A stretch of 64,000 bases of DNA from a cyanobacterium endosymbiont of Rhopalodia gibba (lineage in GTDB: Bacteria; Cyanobacteriota; Cyanobacteriia; Cyanobacteriales; Microcystaceae), in the NCBI GenBank assembly GCA_045159875.1, contig CP067995.1, positions 2,994,179 through 3,058,178 of the forward strand, given 5' to 3'. Both the position numbers and the translations under genes were made by a program. The notes under the pieces were generated by a model. The model ran no database searches. It was not told the DNA's origin and saw only the letters and a program-made list of their open reading frames with translations. Shown in pieces: positions 48,578 to 59,457 of this stretch (position 1 is the first letter of the stretch; each line of letters starts with the position of its first letter).

Positions 48578-49383
48578 GCATTATGTCTAGGAAAAAGCTC
48601 TCTGTTAATCCATCGTCAGACTCACTATCTAAGGTAAAGCGATCTGAAATATCTCCCACAAAAGGGAGTCTAACCTTTTGGCGAGGGTTAGTGGCTAAAA
48701 TTTATTTAAATCTATGGGTAACGAAAAATCGGACGAGGGAACTAACAGAAATGGAATACCGAGTAGATCCACCGGGAATTTCCTCCCTGAGAGAAATTAA
48801 GCCATTTCTATCTAGGCCTCGATGGGATAAAACCTCATCTTATGATCTCGAACAAGTACAACATGATATTCTCGCTGATATAGGAAATCAACTCTATCAA
48901 GCTCGTCAGGAACAGGATATCTCTCTTGAGGCAATCGCCGCTGATACCTTTATATCTCTAGGATTGTTAAAGTCACTCGAAAATGGTACTCTCAAGGGTT
49001 TGCCAGAACCGATTTATGTCAGGGGACTAATTAGAAAATTTGCTGATTATTTAGGTTTGAATGGTAAAGTTTTAGCTAGTCGTTTTCCTATAAAAATGGC
49101 AGGAAAGTCTTCTAAGTCTTCCCGTATTCAAATTTGCTTTCCCACTTTTGAGTTACGTCCTCTTCATCTTTATTTTATTTATATTGCCATTGTCATTTTG
49201 TCTGTTGAAGGAATTTCTAACCATCTTAAACGAACAGCTTTAGAGTTAGAGACAGGAGAAGTTTATCACTCATCCCCTAAGTCCTCTTCGTCAGTCACAG
49301 TATTTAGTGATCAAAGTTCTTCCGTCAACCTACACCAAAAAGTTTTACAAAAAAAAGTCTGTTGTGATAGATACTCTCCTTAA
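48574..49383 (+). CDS. RodZ-like HTH membrane protein, apparently C-terminally truncated
   Basis: IG.QL.QARQEQ.ISLE.IA..T.I...LL..LENG...LPEPIYVRGLIRKFADYLGL, followed by one transmembrane helix. Confidence 0.75.
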   Translation: MSIMSRKKLSVNPSSDSLSKVKRSEISPTKGSLTFWRGLVAKIYLNLWVTKNRTRELTEMEYRVDPPGISSLREIKPFLSRPRWDKTSSYDLEQVQHDILADIGNQLYQARQEQDISLEAIAADTFISLGLLKSLENGTLKGLPEPIYVRGLIRKFADYLGLNGKVLASRFPIKMAGKSSKSSRIQICFPTFELRPLHLYFIYIAIVILSVEGISNHLKRTALELETGEVYHSSPKSSSSVTVFSDQSSSVNLHQKVLQKKVCCDRYSP

Positions 49384-50998
49384 AAAGGACTACTAATTTC
49401 TTTTAGACTTTTTTGAACAGTACTGAGGTCTTCTATTCGGCTTAATACTTCTTAATCCAAGTTAGAAAAATATTCTGTTATTATCTTTTTATTTTTTTTT
49501 ATCAGACTATAGGTTTTTAACTTTTTGTATATACTAGTAGCGTTTATCAATTGGGTGCTTCCTAGTAACAGCAATGAATAAACTAGTTAGTTATATTTTC
49601 ATCGATTATTAAATCAATAGCTTAAATATTATTTAATTTTTTATCTATAGTTATTACTAAAGTTTTAATCACAAGAATAGAGATATAAAATATGGATATT
49701 AGTTCTATAGATTCCATTGTCTAACTTTTTTGACTTTATAAAATTATTAATTATCTATGACAACATAAGTCTATGGTAATATTCATAATATAAACACTTT
49801 TGTTAAAAAAGTAAGATAAGTTTTTCTATTTGTCTATCGTTCAAAAGTTAGATTAAGTTTTTATATTTAACAATAAATAATAAAAATATCAACCGTAACA
49901 GCTATCATTCCCTGTGAGTCCGCACATCATCTAATTTTAGTAGACTTGAATATTTTTTTTCTAAAATTAAGTTGTTTTACCTAAATCAAAGAAGACTTTC
50001 CTCCGCTGTAAGGAAATAATTTTATACTTTGTATTGTTTTCTAGATTCTAAAAACAAGATCAATAAAAATATAATTAACTTAAATACGCTATATTAATTA
50101 TTAAGTTAATTTATTAATTCCAATCGTTAATTTTTATAATTTTAGGACGAAAAAATACAGAGTATAGACTTATTTTTTGGTACATCTTTTTTTATTTTAT
50201 CACTTTATTTCATTTGTCTAAGCAAAGTAGATATGATTTATCCTTCTTATGGAAGAAATTTATATATTGACTGGTATTGAAGGATTTTATAAAAAAAATA
50301 TTGGTATTATATTGCTCAACTAATAAGATAAAAAATTGGAGAAAAAATTTAAAAAATTTCTGTCAAATAACAACAATGTTTGAAAGTTAGATTACTACTC
50401 ATATTAGTTAAGCCACAAAAGAACAATATATAAAAATACTAAAAGGAAGGTTTATATATCTTAAATTATTATCCATTTATTTTTCAGAATTGTGTATAAT
50501 CTAGGTCGATAACAAATGAAAAGATAGAAAACATTTAATTATCTGGCGGGGCATTAAAACATAAATTAACAGTAGCAATGATAAAAATTATTGAATTATG
50601 CTCAGAATAATATGATTTAGAAATCGAGATATTGTTGGTCAAACATAAGAAATCTAAGAAGGTTAATTGACTAAAAGCTAAATAGACAATTCTCAATATA
50701 ATTTGACTGGGTTAAGAATTATTGTAATATTTACCTAAACCAATACCTTTATTAGCCCCAAGTTTATTAAAAATTAATTATACTAGGAGATTTTCTAATT
50801 CTTCAGTGTTAACCAATAGTAAATATACTTTATTGACATCTCTTCGTAAAGTACTATTTATGTCTGACTACTTATAAAAAGTTAACAAACACGACAGGAT
50901 AAATTAAGTTAAATAAATTAAAGACATAATAAAATTGACTGAGTTATATATTCATAAAATTTTTAAATAGATATTGATAAATATTCTTTTATATAAGA

Positions 50999-51418
50999 TC
51001 AAACAATGCGATCAAGGAGTCGACGGCGTTTTTGTTCGAATTCATATTCTGAAACTAACCCTTCTTCCCGTAATTGATCCAGTTCACGTAATCCTTCGGC
51101 GATCGCCTCAACTTGTACCGGCTTAGTCATGGTAGAATTAAGATTAACGGATTGAATATGACTTAATGATAATCCGTTAAATTGAGCTTGAAAAAGTTCT
51201 TGTCCTTGTACAACATACAATACTACATCAATTGCACAAGCAATGCGGGCAATAGGACTATCCCACAATAGAAAATAGATGACTCCCCAGACAGGTTGTC
51301 CCAGATAAAATTTATGAAGTCCTGCAATCGGCCATGGAACAATAGTAGCAAGTAAAGCTAAGATAATCCCCACCTTACGGCTTTTTTCTTGATTTAAGAA
51401 CTTTTCTAGAATTTTCAT
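50999..51418 (-). CDS. TM2/NINE domain membrane protein with C-terminal SHOCT-like motif
   Basis: GLHKFYLGQ..WG..Y and LRELDQLREEGLVSEYEFEQKRRRLL. Confidence 0.85.
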   Translation of the reverse strand: MKILEKFLNQEKSRKVGIILALLATIVPWPIAGLHKFYLGQPVWGVIYFLLWDSPIARIACAIDVVLYVVQGQELFQAQFNGLSLSHIQSVNLNSTMTKPVQVEAIAEGLRELDQLREEGLVSEYEFEQKRRRLLDRIV

Positions 51419-51752
51419 AAAATTTTTGATGAAATAATAATAATTGACCTAATTTATTTAATCTACTGTTTTTGACTGCCGTTTATAGGAAAACAGTTCC
51501 TTCTTGAAGGAGAGAGTATTTCAATAAAATTAATTACTAAGCTTATAATCTCTAGTAGTCAAGCTATAATCTTTATTAAGCAATTGTTATGGGGATACAT
51601 ATCCTACAGTTGTTAGTATCTCAATTAACTACTAAAGATAATACGGAAACCCGTAGTTTTCAGGAAGTTTAGAGTCATTTACAATAAAGTATGAGGTCCT
51701 GTTGTTAGACGGGATTGTTGATTGACGTTGTTTAAAATTAGATGAAATAACA

Positions 51753-52067
51753 ATGGGATTTTTTGATTCTGAAGTTGTTCAACAAGAAGCGAAGCAGTTA
51801 TTTGAAGATTATCAATCTTTAATGAAATTAGGAGGGGAATACGGAAAGTTTGATCGGGAGGGTAAAAAAATTTTTATTGATAAAATGGAATCCCTTATGG
51901 ATAGATATAAAATTTTTATGAAACGCTTTGAGCTATCGGAAGATTTTATGGCGAAAATAACTGTTGAACAACTAAAAACTCAACTAGGACAATTTGGCAT
52001 CACCCCACAGCAAATGTTTTATCAAATGAATTTAACTTTAGAGAGAATGAAATCCGAAATCGAATAA
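51753..52067 (+). CDS. DUF1825 family cyanobacterial protein
   Basis: MGFFDSEVVQQEAKQLFEDYQ..YGKFDREGKK..FMKRFELSEDF. Confidence 0.85.
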   Translation: MGFFDSEVVQQEAKQLFEDYQSLMKLGGEYGKFDREGKKIFIDKMESLMDRYKIFMKRFELSEDFMAKITVEQLKTQLGQFGITPQQMFYQMNLTLERMKSEIE

Positions 52068-52190
52068 CAAACAATAGAATTAAGTTAATTCTAAAAACTA
52101 ATAAATTGACATTCTTTCTGATATCTTTCTGTGATTATCAGAAAAGATAATGAATGATAAAATAAGACTGTTTTTAATGTTTAAAAAATT

Positions 52191-53372
52191 ATGTATGATT
52201 TCGCAATTATTGGTGGAGGTATTGTCGGACTGTCCACGGGGATGCTATTAGGTCAGAAATACCCTAATGCTTTGATTATAGTTTTAGAAAAAGAAGCCTG
52301 TATTGCCTTTCATCAAACTGGACGAAATAGCGGTGTCATTCACTCAGGAATTTATTACCAACCTGGTAGTTTTAAAGCTAAATTTACTTCTCTTGGTAAT
52401 CAGTCTATGGTGGATTTCTGTCGTACCTATAATATTCCTCATGAAGTTTGTGGAAAAGTTATTGTTGCCACAAAAGAAACAGAACTTATCTTGTTAGATA
52501 ATCTTTATCAGAGTGGTTTAGAAAAAAAGTTAAAAGTCAAAAAGATTAGCTCTGAAGAAGTAAGGGAAATAGAACCTTATGTTAACTGTTTAGCTGGAGT
52601 TTACGTTCCTACTTCAGGAATTACTGACTACACAAAAGTAAGTCAAAAGTATTTTGAACTAATTCAAGAGCAAGGGGGAGAAATTTGTCTTAATACAGAA
52701 GTTAAAAAAATCATTAAAACTTCTGATGGACAAGTTTTAGAGACGAATCAAGGAACAATTAAAACTAATTTCGTTATTAATTGTGCTGGATTATATAGTG
52801 ATCGCGTAGCTAAATTGGCAGAAATTGATAGTCAAATCAAAATCATTCCTTTTCGGGGTGAATATTACGAATTAACACCTAAAAAACGTTATTTAGTTAA
52901 AAATCTGATTTACCCTGTTCCTAATCCTGAATTTCCTTTTTTAGGTGTTCACTTCACCCGAATGATTGACGGCAGCGTTCATGCTGGACCCAATGCAGTG
53001 TTAAGTTTGAAGCGAGAAGGATATAAAAAACTAGATTTTGACCTCAAAGATTTTGCTGAAGTTATGACCTATCCAGGATTTTGGAAGCTGGTAATCAAAC
53101 ACGCTGATGAAGGTATAAAAGAAATGATCCGATCTTTTAGTAAAGCTGCTTTTGTTCACAGTCTACAACAACTCATCCCTGAAGTAACGGCCTCTGATTT
53201 AATTGTCAGCAAATCGGGAGTTCGCGCCCAAGCTCTGAAATTTGATGGGGAATTAGTCAATGACTTTTTAATTATTCAAGATGAACAAGCTTTGCATGTT
53301 TGTAACGCACCTTCTCCAGCAGCAACTGCTTCTTTAGAAATTGGAAAAGCAATTGTCGCCCGAATTTTGTAA
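52191..53372 (+). CDS. lhgO: L-2-hydroxyglutarate oxidase
   Basis: IIGGGIVG, HQTGRNSGVIHSGIYY, FRGEYY, IYPVPNP.FPFLGVHFT and NAPSPAATASL. Confidence 0.93.
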   Translation: MYDFAIIGGGIVGLSTGMLLGQKYPNALIIVLEKEACIAFHQTGRNSGVIHSGIYYQPGSFKAKFTSLGNQSMVDFCRTYNIPHEVCGKVIVATKETELILLDNLYQSGLEKKLKVKKISSEEVREIEPYVNCLAGVYVPTSGITDYTKVSQKYFELIQEQGGEICLNTEVKKIIKTSDGQVLETNQGTIKTNFVINCAGLYSDRVAKLAEIDSQIKIIPFRGEYYELTPKKRYLVKNLIYPVPNPEFPFLGVHFTRMIDGSVHAGPNAVLSLKREGYKKLDFDLKDFAEVMTYPGFWKLVIKHADEGIKEMIRSFSKAAFVHSLQQLIPEVTASDLIVSKSGVRAQALKFDGELVNDFLIIQDEQALHVCNAPSPAATASLEIGKAIVARIL

Positions 53373-53987
53373 ATAATTTTGACTAAAAGTAATCTCTTCT
53401 AAGAGTGCAACTTAACACGGCTAAACAACCTTTTTAGATTTAAGAAAAAGAAATAAATCCAATTCTAGCGTCTTGTTTTTCCATGAATTATGGCTCTTGT
53501 TCACATGATGATTGTATTCTAGTCAACAGTTCGTCTTCGATTTTAATCAAATTTCTTGAAGTCTGCAATATTCGTTTACAATGGACACTTCTAGTATCTA
53601 TAAACAATTTAGGCATTATTGACTATATCCATGTCCTCAAGGGATTTAGAAATAACATCCCTAACCATTGATTTTTTTACGCATCATAGATTGTGGATCG
53701 TTTTCACTCAGATATAGAGAGACTCACCCATGACCCCTTATAAATTGAGTCAATCATTCAGAAAGTCATGCTAAATTACCTAACAAGATGGATGAAAAAA
53801 TTTACTGAGATTCTTTATCATCCTAATTAATGGACTTATCTTGGAGCCAAAAATGTTCAAAAGGCAAGTCAATTCTTTATGCTATAAGCTGATTAACATA
53901 GGAGTCACAGATACTATGAGCTGATTAAGACTCTGTTACAGACCTGATTTATTTGCTACACTCGCTCGATTAGACTGAACTATTATT

Positions 53988-56621
53988 ATGCCAACGCTTG
54001 TTATCGTCGAATCTCCGACTAAAGCTCGTACCATTAGAAACTATCTACCCAAAGGGTATCGCGTCGAGGCATCTATGGGTCATGTACGAGATCTCCCTGC
54101 CTCAGCTGAGGAAGTTCCTGCATCATATAAGGAGAAAAGTTGGTCAAACTTAGGAATTAACATTGAGAATAATTTTGAGCCACTTTATGTTGTTCCCAAA
54201 GGCAAGAAAAAAGTGGTTCAAGAACTTAAATTTGCTTTAAAAGAGGCAGATGAGTTAATTCTTGCCACTGACGAGGACCGTGAAGGGGAAAGTATCAGTT
54301 GGCATTTGCTGCAGCTACTCAAACCCAAAGTTCCTATCAAGCGTATGGTTTTCCATGAAATTACCCGTGAAGCCATACAAGAGGCGTTGAAGAACTGTCG
54401 TGATATTGATAAGAATTTAGTTCATGCTCAGGAAACAAGACGAATTTTAGATCGTTTAGTGGGTTATACAGTTTCTCCGTTACTTTGGAAAAAAATTGCT
54501 CGTGGTCTTTCTGCTGGACGAGTACAATCAGTAGCAGTTCGTCTATTGGTGCAACGGGAACGAGAACGCCAAGCGTTCCAATCGGGAGGATATTGGAATC
54601 TCAAAGCTTTATTAGAAACAGAAGATAAGAACTCCTTTAATGCTAAATTAGTGACCCTAAAGAACAAAAAAATTGCTACAGCCAACGATTTCGACCCCAA
54701 TACTGGAAGAATTATTCGGGGACGGGATGTAGTTCTTCTTGATGAAGATCAAGCTTATACTCTTAAATGCCGCTTAGACGGAAAACATTGGACTGTTAGC
54801 AATACAGAAGAAAAACCCACAACTCGTAAACCTGCCCCTCCTTTTACTACTTCTACTCTACAACAGGAATCTAACCGAAAATTAGGAATTTCAGCGCGGG
54901 ATACGATGTGGATTGCTCAAAAACTTTATGAAGAAGGGTATATCACTTATATGAGAACAGATTCTGTCCATTTATCGGATCAAGCTATTAACGCCGCGAG
55001 AAACTGTGTTGAACAAAAATATGGCAGAGAATACCTTAGTCCGAAGCCTCGTCAATACACAACAAAAAGTAAGGGAGCCCAAGAAGCACACGAAGCTGTT
55101 CGTCCAGCAGGAAATGAGTTTCGCACTCCTCAAGAAACAGGATTATCAGGCAATGAGTTCTCCATCTATGACTTAATTTGGAAGCGTACTGTAGCCTGTC
55201 AAATGGCTAATGCTAATTTAACCCAAATCGTTATTAGTCTCGACGTAGAAGACGTAGGTTTTCGTTCTTCAGGTAAACGGATTGATTTTCCAGGGTTTTT
55301 CCGCGCTTATGTTGAAGGGTCTGATGATCCTGAAGCAGCTTTAGAAAATCAAGAAGTAATCCTTCCATTTCTACAAGTAGGAGATCATCCTACTTGTCAG
55401 GAATTAGACGTATTAGGACATGAAACCCAACCCCCTACTCGATTTACAGAAGCATCTCTTGTGAAAATCCTCGAAAGTGAGGGAGTTGGTCGTCCGAGTA
55501 CCTACGCCAGTATTATTGGGACAATTATTGAGCGCGGTTACGCTCAAATGCGCAGTAAAGCCTTAGTTCCAACGTTTACCGCTTTTGCGGTGGTGAGTCT
55601 ATTAGAGCAACATTTTCATGATTTGGTAGATACAAAATTTACCTCGAAAATGGAACATACCCTCGACGAAATTGCTACTGGAGAAACTCAATGGGTACCC
55701 TATCTCAAAAATTTTTATCTTGGAGAGAAGGGGTTAGACAATTTGGTCCAACTGGGTATTGAAAACATAGATCCTGCGGTTGCCAAAGCTGTTAACTTAG
55801 ACAACCTAAAGGTCACTGTTAAACTTGGAAAATTTGGACCGTATATTGAGGTGATACAAGAAGGAGAAGTGATTACCGCTTCAATTCCCATGGATTTAAC
55901 TCCAGCTGATCTGAATCCTGAACAGGTATCCATAATTCTTAAGCAAAAAATAGAAGGTCCTAAAGCATTAGGGTTACACCCTGAAACAGGAGAATCTATC
56001 TATGTTTTTATTGGGAGTTATGGTCCCTACGTTCAATTGGGAGAAGTTAGCGAGGATAATAAAAAGCCCAAACGCACCTCTTTACCTAAAGAAATGAAAC
56101 CTGAAGATGTCACTCTAGAAAAAGCTGTGGGATTATTATCTCTTCCTCGTTTGTTAGGGAATCATCCTGATACAGGAGCTAAAATCAAAGCTGGTTTAGG
56201 ACGTTTCGGTCCCTATATAGTTCATGATCAGGGCAAAGAAGGTAAAGATTATCGTTCCCTAAAAGGAGAGGATGATATCTTGACGGTTAACCTAGAACGA
56301 GCTTTAGAATTATTAACCCAACCAAAACGAACTAGAAGAGGAGGTCGAGGATCTAAAAAACCACTACGAGAATTGGGAATCCATCCTGAAGACAAAGAAG
56401 TCATTAACCTTTATGAGGGTCCTTATGGCCTCTATGTAAAACATGGCAAAGTTAATGCTAGTCTTCCCGAAGGAGAAAAAGTTGATACTTTAACTCTAGA
56501 AACAGCGTTGGAATTGTTAGCCACGAAAGCAACAACTAAAAAAAAGACAACCCGCAAATCAACCAAAAGTAAAACTACTAGTAAAAATACAAAATCAACA
56601 GCCGACAGTAAAAACAAATAA
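53988..56621 (+). CDS. topA: DNA topoisomerase I with Topo_C repeats and Lys-rich tail
   Basis: IVESPTKA, ATDEDREGE, SAGRVQS, ITYMRTDS, QEAHEA and GRPSTYA. Confidence 0.99.
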   Translation: MPTLVIVESPTKARTIRNYLPKGYRVEASMGHVRDLPASAEEVPASYKEKSWSNLGINIENNFEPLYVVPKGKKKVVQELKFALKEADELILATDEDREGESISWHLLQLLKPKVPIKRMVFHEITREAIQEALKNCRDIDKNLVHAQETRRILDRLVGYTVSPLLWKKIARGLSAGRVQSVAVRLLVQRERERQAFQSGGYWNLKALLETEDKNSFNAKLVTLKNKKIATANDFDPNTGRIIRGRDVVLLDEDQAYTLKCRLDGKHWTVSNTEEKPTTRKPAPPFTTSTLQQESNRKLGISARDTMWIAQKLYEEGYITYMRTDSVHLSDQAINAARNCVEQKYGREYLSPKPRQYTTKSKGAQEAHEAVRPAGNEFRTPQETGLSGNEFSIYDLIWKRTVACQMANANLTQIVISLDVEDVGFRSSGKRIDFPGFFRAYVEGSDDPEAALENQEVILPFLQVGDHPTCQELDVLGHETQPPTRFTEASLVKILESEGVGRPSTYASIIGTIIERGYAQMRSKALVPTFTAFAVVSLLEQHFHDLVDTKFTSKMEHTLDEIATGETQWVPYLKNFYLGEKGLDNLVQLGIENIDPAVAKAVNLDNLKVTVKLGKFGPYIEVIQEGEVITASIPMDLTPADLNPEQVSIILKQKIEGPKALGLHPETGESIYVFIGSYGPYVQLGEVSEDNKKPKRTSLPKEMKPEDVTLEKAVGLLSLPRLLGNHPDTGAKIKAGLGRFGPYIVHDQGKEGKDYRSLKGEDDILTVNLERALELLTQPKRTRRGGRGSKKPLRELGIHPEDKEVINLYEGPYGLYVKHGKVNASLPEGEKVDTLTLETALELLATKATTKKKTTRKSTKSKTTSKNTKSTADSKNK

Positions 56622-57154
56622 TGGACTTACTGGACTTAAGTTGTAACACAATCTAAGTCCTAGAAGAGTCAAACAATACAACATAAGCTTGTCTTCAGCA
56701 GCTTACAATTAGGCTTTGAAGACAGACTTCATTTGTAGAAAATCAGGCTTTAGTCTATATTTAATCTTAAAAGTTCTTTTCTTCTAATTATTAAATTGAA
56801 AACTATTCCATTAACATAACTCATTATAAACACTAACAATTGGTACACAAAATAGTAAGAATACAAGGGATTAGGTGGCAAACTATTATATAAATTATTC
56901 AAATTGCTTTAGAATACGCCCCCGTTATCAAAGTGGAGAGTTTAGTGGATATAGTTTACGGACCGAGTTGAAAACTTGAAAGTGAAGGTAACTGTGTTGA
57001 ACTAATTTTCTAGATGTACAACTATATGCGCTACGACCACATTTGGGGGCTCCATCAAGTCTATACGGAGAGAAATGCTACACTTTCTCTGACTATTATG
57101 AATGCAGCAGTTTGAAGTTAATTGAGATAATTCACCTGAAAATTGTTTTTAACT

Positions 57155-57889
57155 TTAGGATGGGGAAGATGTCAAAAATTCTGCAAGTCCTAAATAGCGA
57201 ATGCCTTCAGGAGTAACTTCAAAACGATAAGGTAATATTTTTACTCCCTCATTGACTGCTTGTCTTAAAAGTTTTCCATAAGTAGCATCAAAATTATCTC
57301 CAGGGGCAAAAAAATGACAATCTTTCCGATTAATAAAATAGAGCATGATTGGCTTTGCATCTGGTAAAAGTGATATTAATTCTTTTAAGTGCTTTTGTCC
57401 GCGACTGGTGACAGTATCAGGAAAGAGAGCAGTTGTTCCTTGACTAAGAGTTGTATTCTTTACTTCTATATAAATGGGAGACTTTTTTTCATTGTGTGTT
57501 AAAAGGAAGTCAATCCGACTTTTTTTATTGTTCCCATAGGGAACTTCACAATGAATTTGGGTATATTGTCCTGCCAATTCTAGTAAACTTTGTTGTTCCA
57601 AAGCAAGTTTAATTACTTTATTAGGGAGAGCTGTATTAATTCCAACCCAAGTTCCCTCAACATTAATCATTTCCCAAGTATAGGCTAATTTTCGTTTAGG
57701 ATTATCACTTTTAGAAACATAAACATGACTTCCAACCTTACTCACTCCTATCATTGTCCCTGTATTGGCACAATGAGCCGTAATAGTTTTTCCTGTTTCA
57801 AGTTCAATATCAGCTAGAAATCGCTTATAGCGTCTAATTAGAATCCCTGAAATTAGAGGAGGATAAGAATAAACAAAATTATAAGTCAT
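57155..57889 (-). CDS. sfsA: DNA/RNA nuclease SfsA
   Basis: RYKRFLAD, AHCANTG, SRIDFLL, IEVKN and FPDTVTSRGQKHL. Confidence 0.95.
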   Translation of the reverse strand: MTYNFVYSYPPLISGILIRRYKRFLADIELETGKTITAHCANTGTMIGVSKVGSHVYVSKSDNPKRKLAYTWEMINVEGTWVGINTALPNKVIKLALEQQSLLELAGQYTQIHCEVPYGNNKKSRIDFLLTHNEKKSPIYIEVKNTTLSQGTTALFPDTVTSRGQKHLKELISLLPDAKPIMLYFINRKDCHFFAPGDNFDATYGKLLRQAVNEGVKILPYRFEVTPEGIRYLGLAEFLTSSPS

Positions 57890-58241
57890 TATTATTAATA
57901 ATTGAAATAACTACGTAAATGCACTTAAAAAAGCTCCTCCTAAAATAGGAAAGTATTTAAAAGAGAGGATTGCTTAGATACCAGCTTGTTTAAAAATCCA
58001 GCTAATAGTATAAATAGCAGAAACTATCAAGGTTGCTTTGTACCTTCAAAAATTTATCTAAAATTTAGAGGTATTATGTTTAAAGCTAAAAGGCTCAAGA
58101 GTTGGAAATATTAATAGTTATAGATAAAATTATTCAGATAGTACAACTAGAAAAACAATGTTTAGGTAGATCATCCAAGAGAGAAAAAAGTTATGGTCTT
58201 CTCTCAAAAGAGAAATAAACAAATAAAATAGTTACGGAAAA

Positions 58242-58271
58242 TTGACAAACAAGAAAGTAACTATATATAAT
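58242..58271 (+). promoter_or_regulatory. Consensus sigma70-type promoter with no downstream ORF
   Basis: TTGACA (58242-58247), 18-nt spacer, TATAAT (58266-58271). Confidence 0.65.
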
Positions 58272-58276
58272 GAAAG

Positions 58277-58425
58277 TATTCGGACCAAACAAAAGCTTTA
58301 GAGTTGGGAACGGATGAAGCCGAAAATACTGCAAATGCAAAGACAAGGGGATAAATATAGTCATCGCTCTTGCTTTGCAAAGACCATTGCCTATAAGTAG
58401 TGTAGCGAGAGTGTCGCTAGAACAA
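58277..58425 (+). ncRNA. Candidate structured small RNA
   Basis: Follows the consensus promoter, is GC-richer than its flanks, has no ORF and shows three potential stems. Confidence 0.45.
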
Positions 58426-58553
58426 TAGAAAAAGATTAAATCTGTTTTTTATACTAATCTAGTTAACCCAGAACTAATTTTAATAAAGGCTCACGAAATC
58501 AGGGAAACAAAATAGTCTGCTTTTTTACTTTTCATTCTAAATCAACTACCCAT

Positions 58554-59363
58554 TTATTCACCTAATTGTTGGGATCGTCGATAGGCTGCCTGTACTGCTT
58601 CAATAATAGCTGAACGAAATCCTGCCTTTTCTAATTGAGCCACTCCTGCGATAGTGGTTCCTCCTGGACTAGTGACTTTATCCTTTAATTGGGCTGGATG
58701 TAACCCAGTGTTTTTTATCAATTGTACCGTTCCTAGCACCGTTTGTAACGCTAGTTGAATAGCAATTACCCTCGGTAAACCAGCAGATACTCCTCCATCA
58801 GCTAAAGCTTCAATCATCATTGCTACAAAAGCAGGTCCTGATCCCGATAGTCCTGTAACTGCATCTATCAAGGACTCTGGTACTTGTACCACTTCTCCGA
58901 CAGCCTCAAAAAGTGTAGTTGCTAACGTCAAGTGGTTGGGGTTAACCATTTGTCCAGGAGAGATCGCGGTCATCCCTACTCCAATGGTCGCCGGTGCATT
59001 AGGCATTACTCGCAGTATTGGATATTTAGGGAATCTTGTTTCTAAGCGAATTAAGGGAACCCCAGCTAGAATAGAGATAACCAGAGGGTAAGGCTGAGAA
59101 CGTTCTATTACATTTAATGAAGCCAAAACTTCATCTAACACCTGAGGTTTAATGGATAACAGTAACACCTCTCCTGACTCAACTACCGTTTGGTTATCTT
59201 CAACAATATGAACCCGATATATTTGTTCAAGAAATTCTCGTCGTTGTCGGTTAGGTTCGCTAACTAACACCTCATGAGGTTGATAAAGTTTTTTATTTAA
59301 AAGGCGGGATATGATAGCTTCTGCCATCACCCCACCGCCGATGATACCTAATCTAATAGACAC
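58554..59363 (-). CDS. proC: Pyrroline-5-carboxylate reductase
   Basis: GIIGGGVMA, RVMPN, AVTGLSGSGPAF and VTSPGGTT. Confidence 0.97.
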   Translation of the reverse strand: MSIRLGIIGGGVMAEAIISRLLNKKLYQPHEVLVSEPNRQRREFLEQIYRVHIVEDNQTVVESGEVLLLSIKPQVLDEVLASLNVIERSQPYPLVISILAGVPLIRLETRFPKYPILRVMPNAPATIGVGMTAISPGQMVNPNHLTLATTLFEAVGEVVQVPESLIDAVTGLSGSGPAFVAMMIEALADGGVSAGLPRVIAIQLALQTVLGTVQLIKNTGLHPAQLKDKVTSPGGTTIAGVAQLEKAGFRSAIIEAVQAAYRRSQQLGE

Positions 59364-59457
59364 AAGTTTTAATTGAATTTAACTTAACGATCTAGCTACC
59401 ACCAAAACATTATAGTTACTATAACATCAACGTAATAGGACCTTACGTCTTTACTGA

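Noticed and set aside
53483..53735. 62-aa ORF between lhgO and topA (likewise 20672, 40975, 43977 and 44853)
   Set aside because: No recognisable family; these are probably chance frames within eroded genes I could not identify
56860..57100. Possible GNAT acetyltransferase remnant (EYKGLGGKLL)
   Set aside because: A single short motif is too weak to support a call
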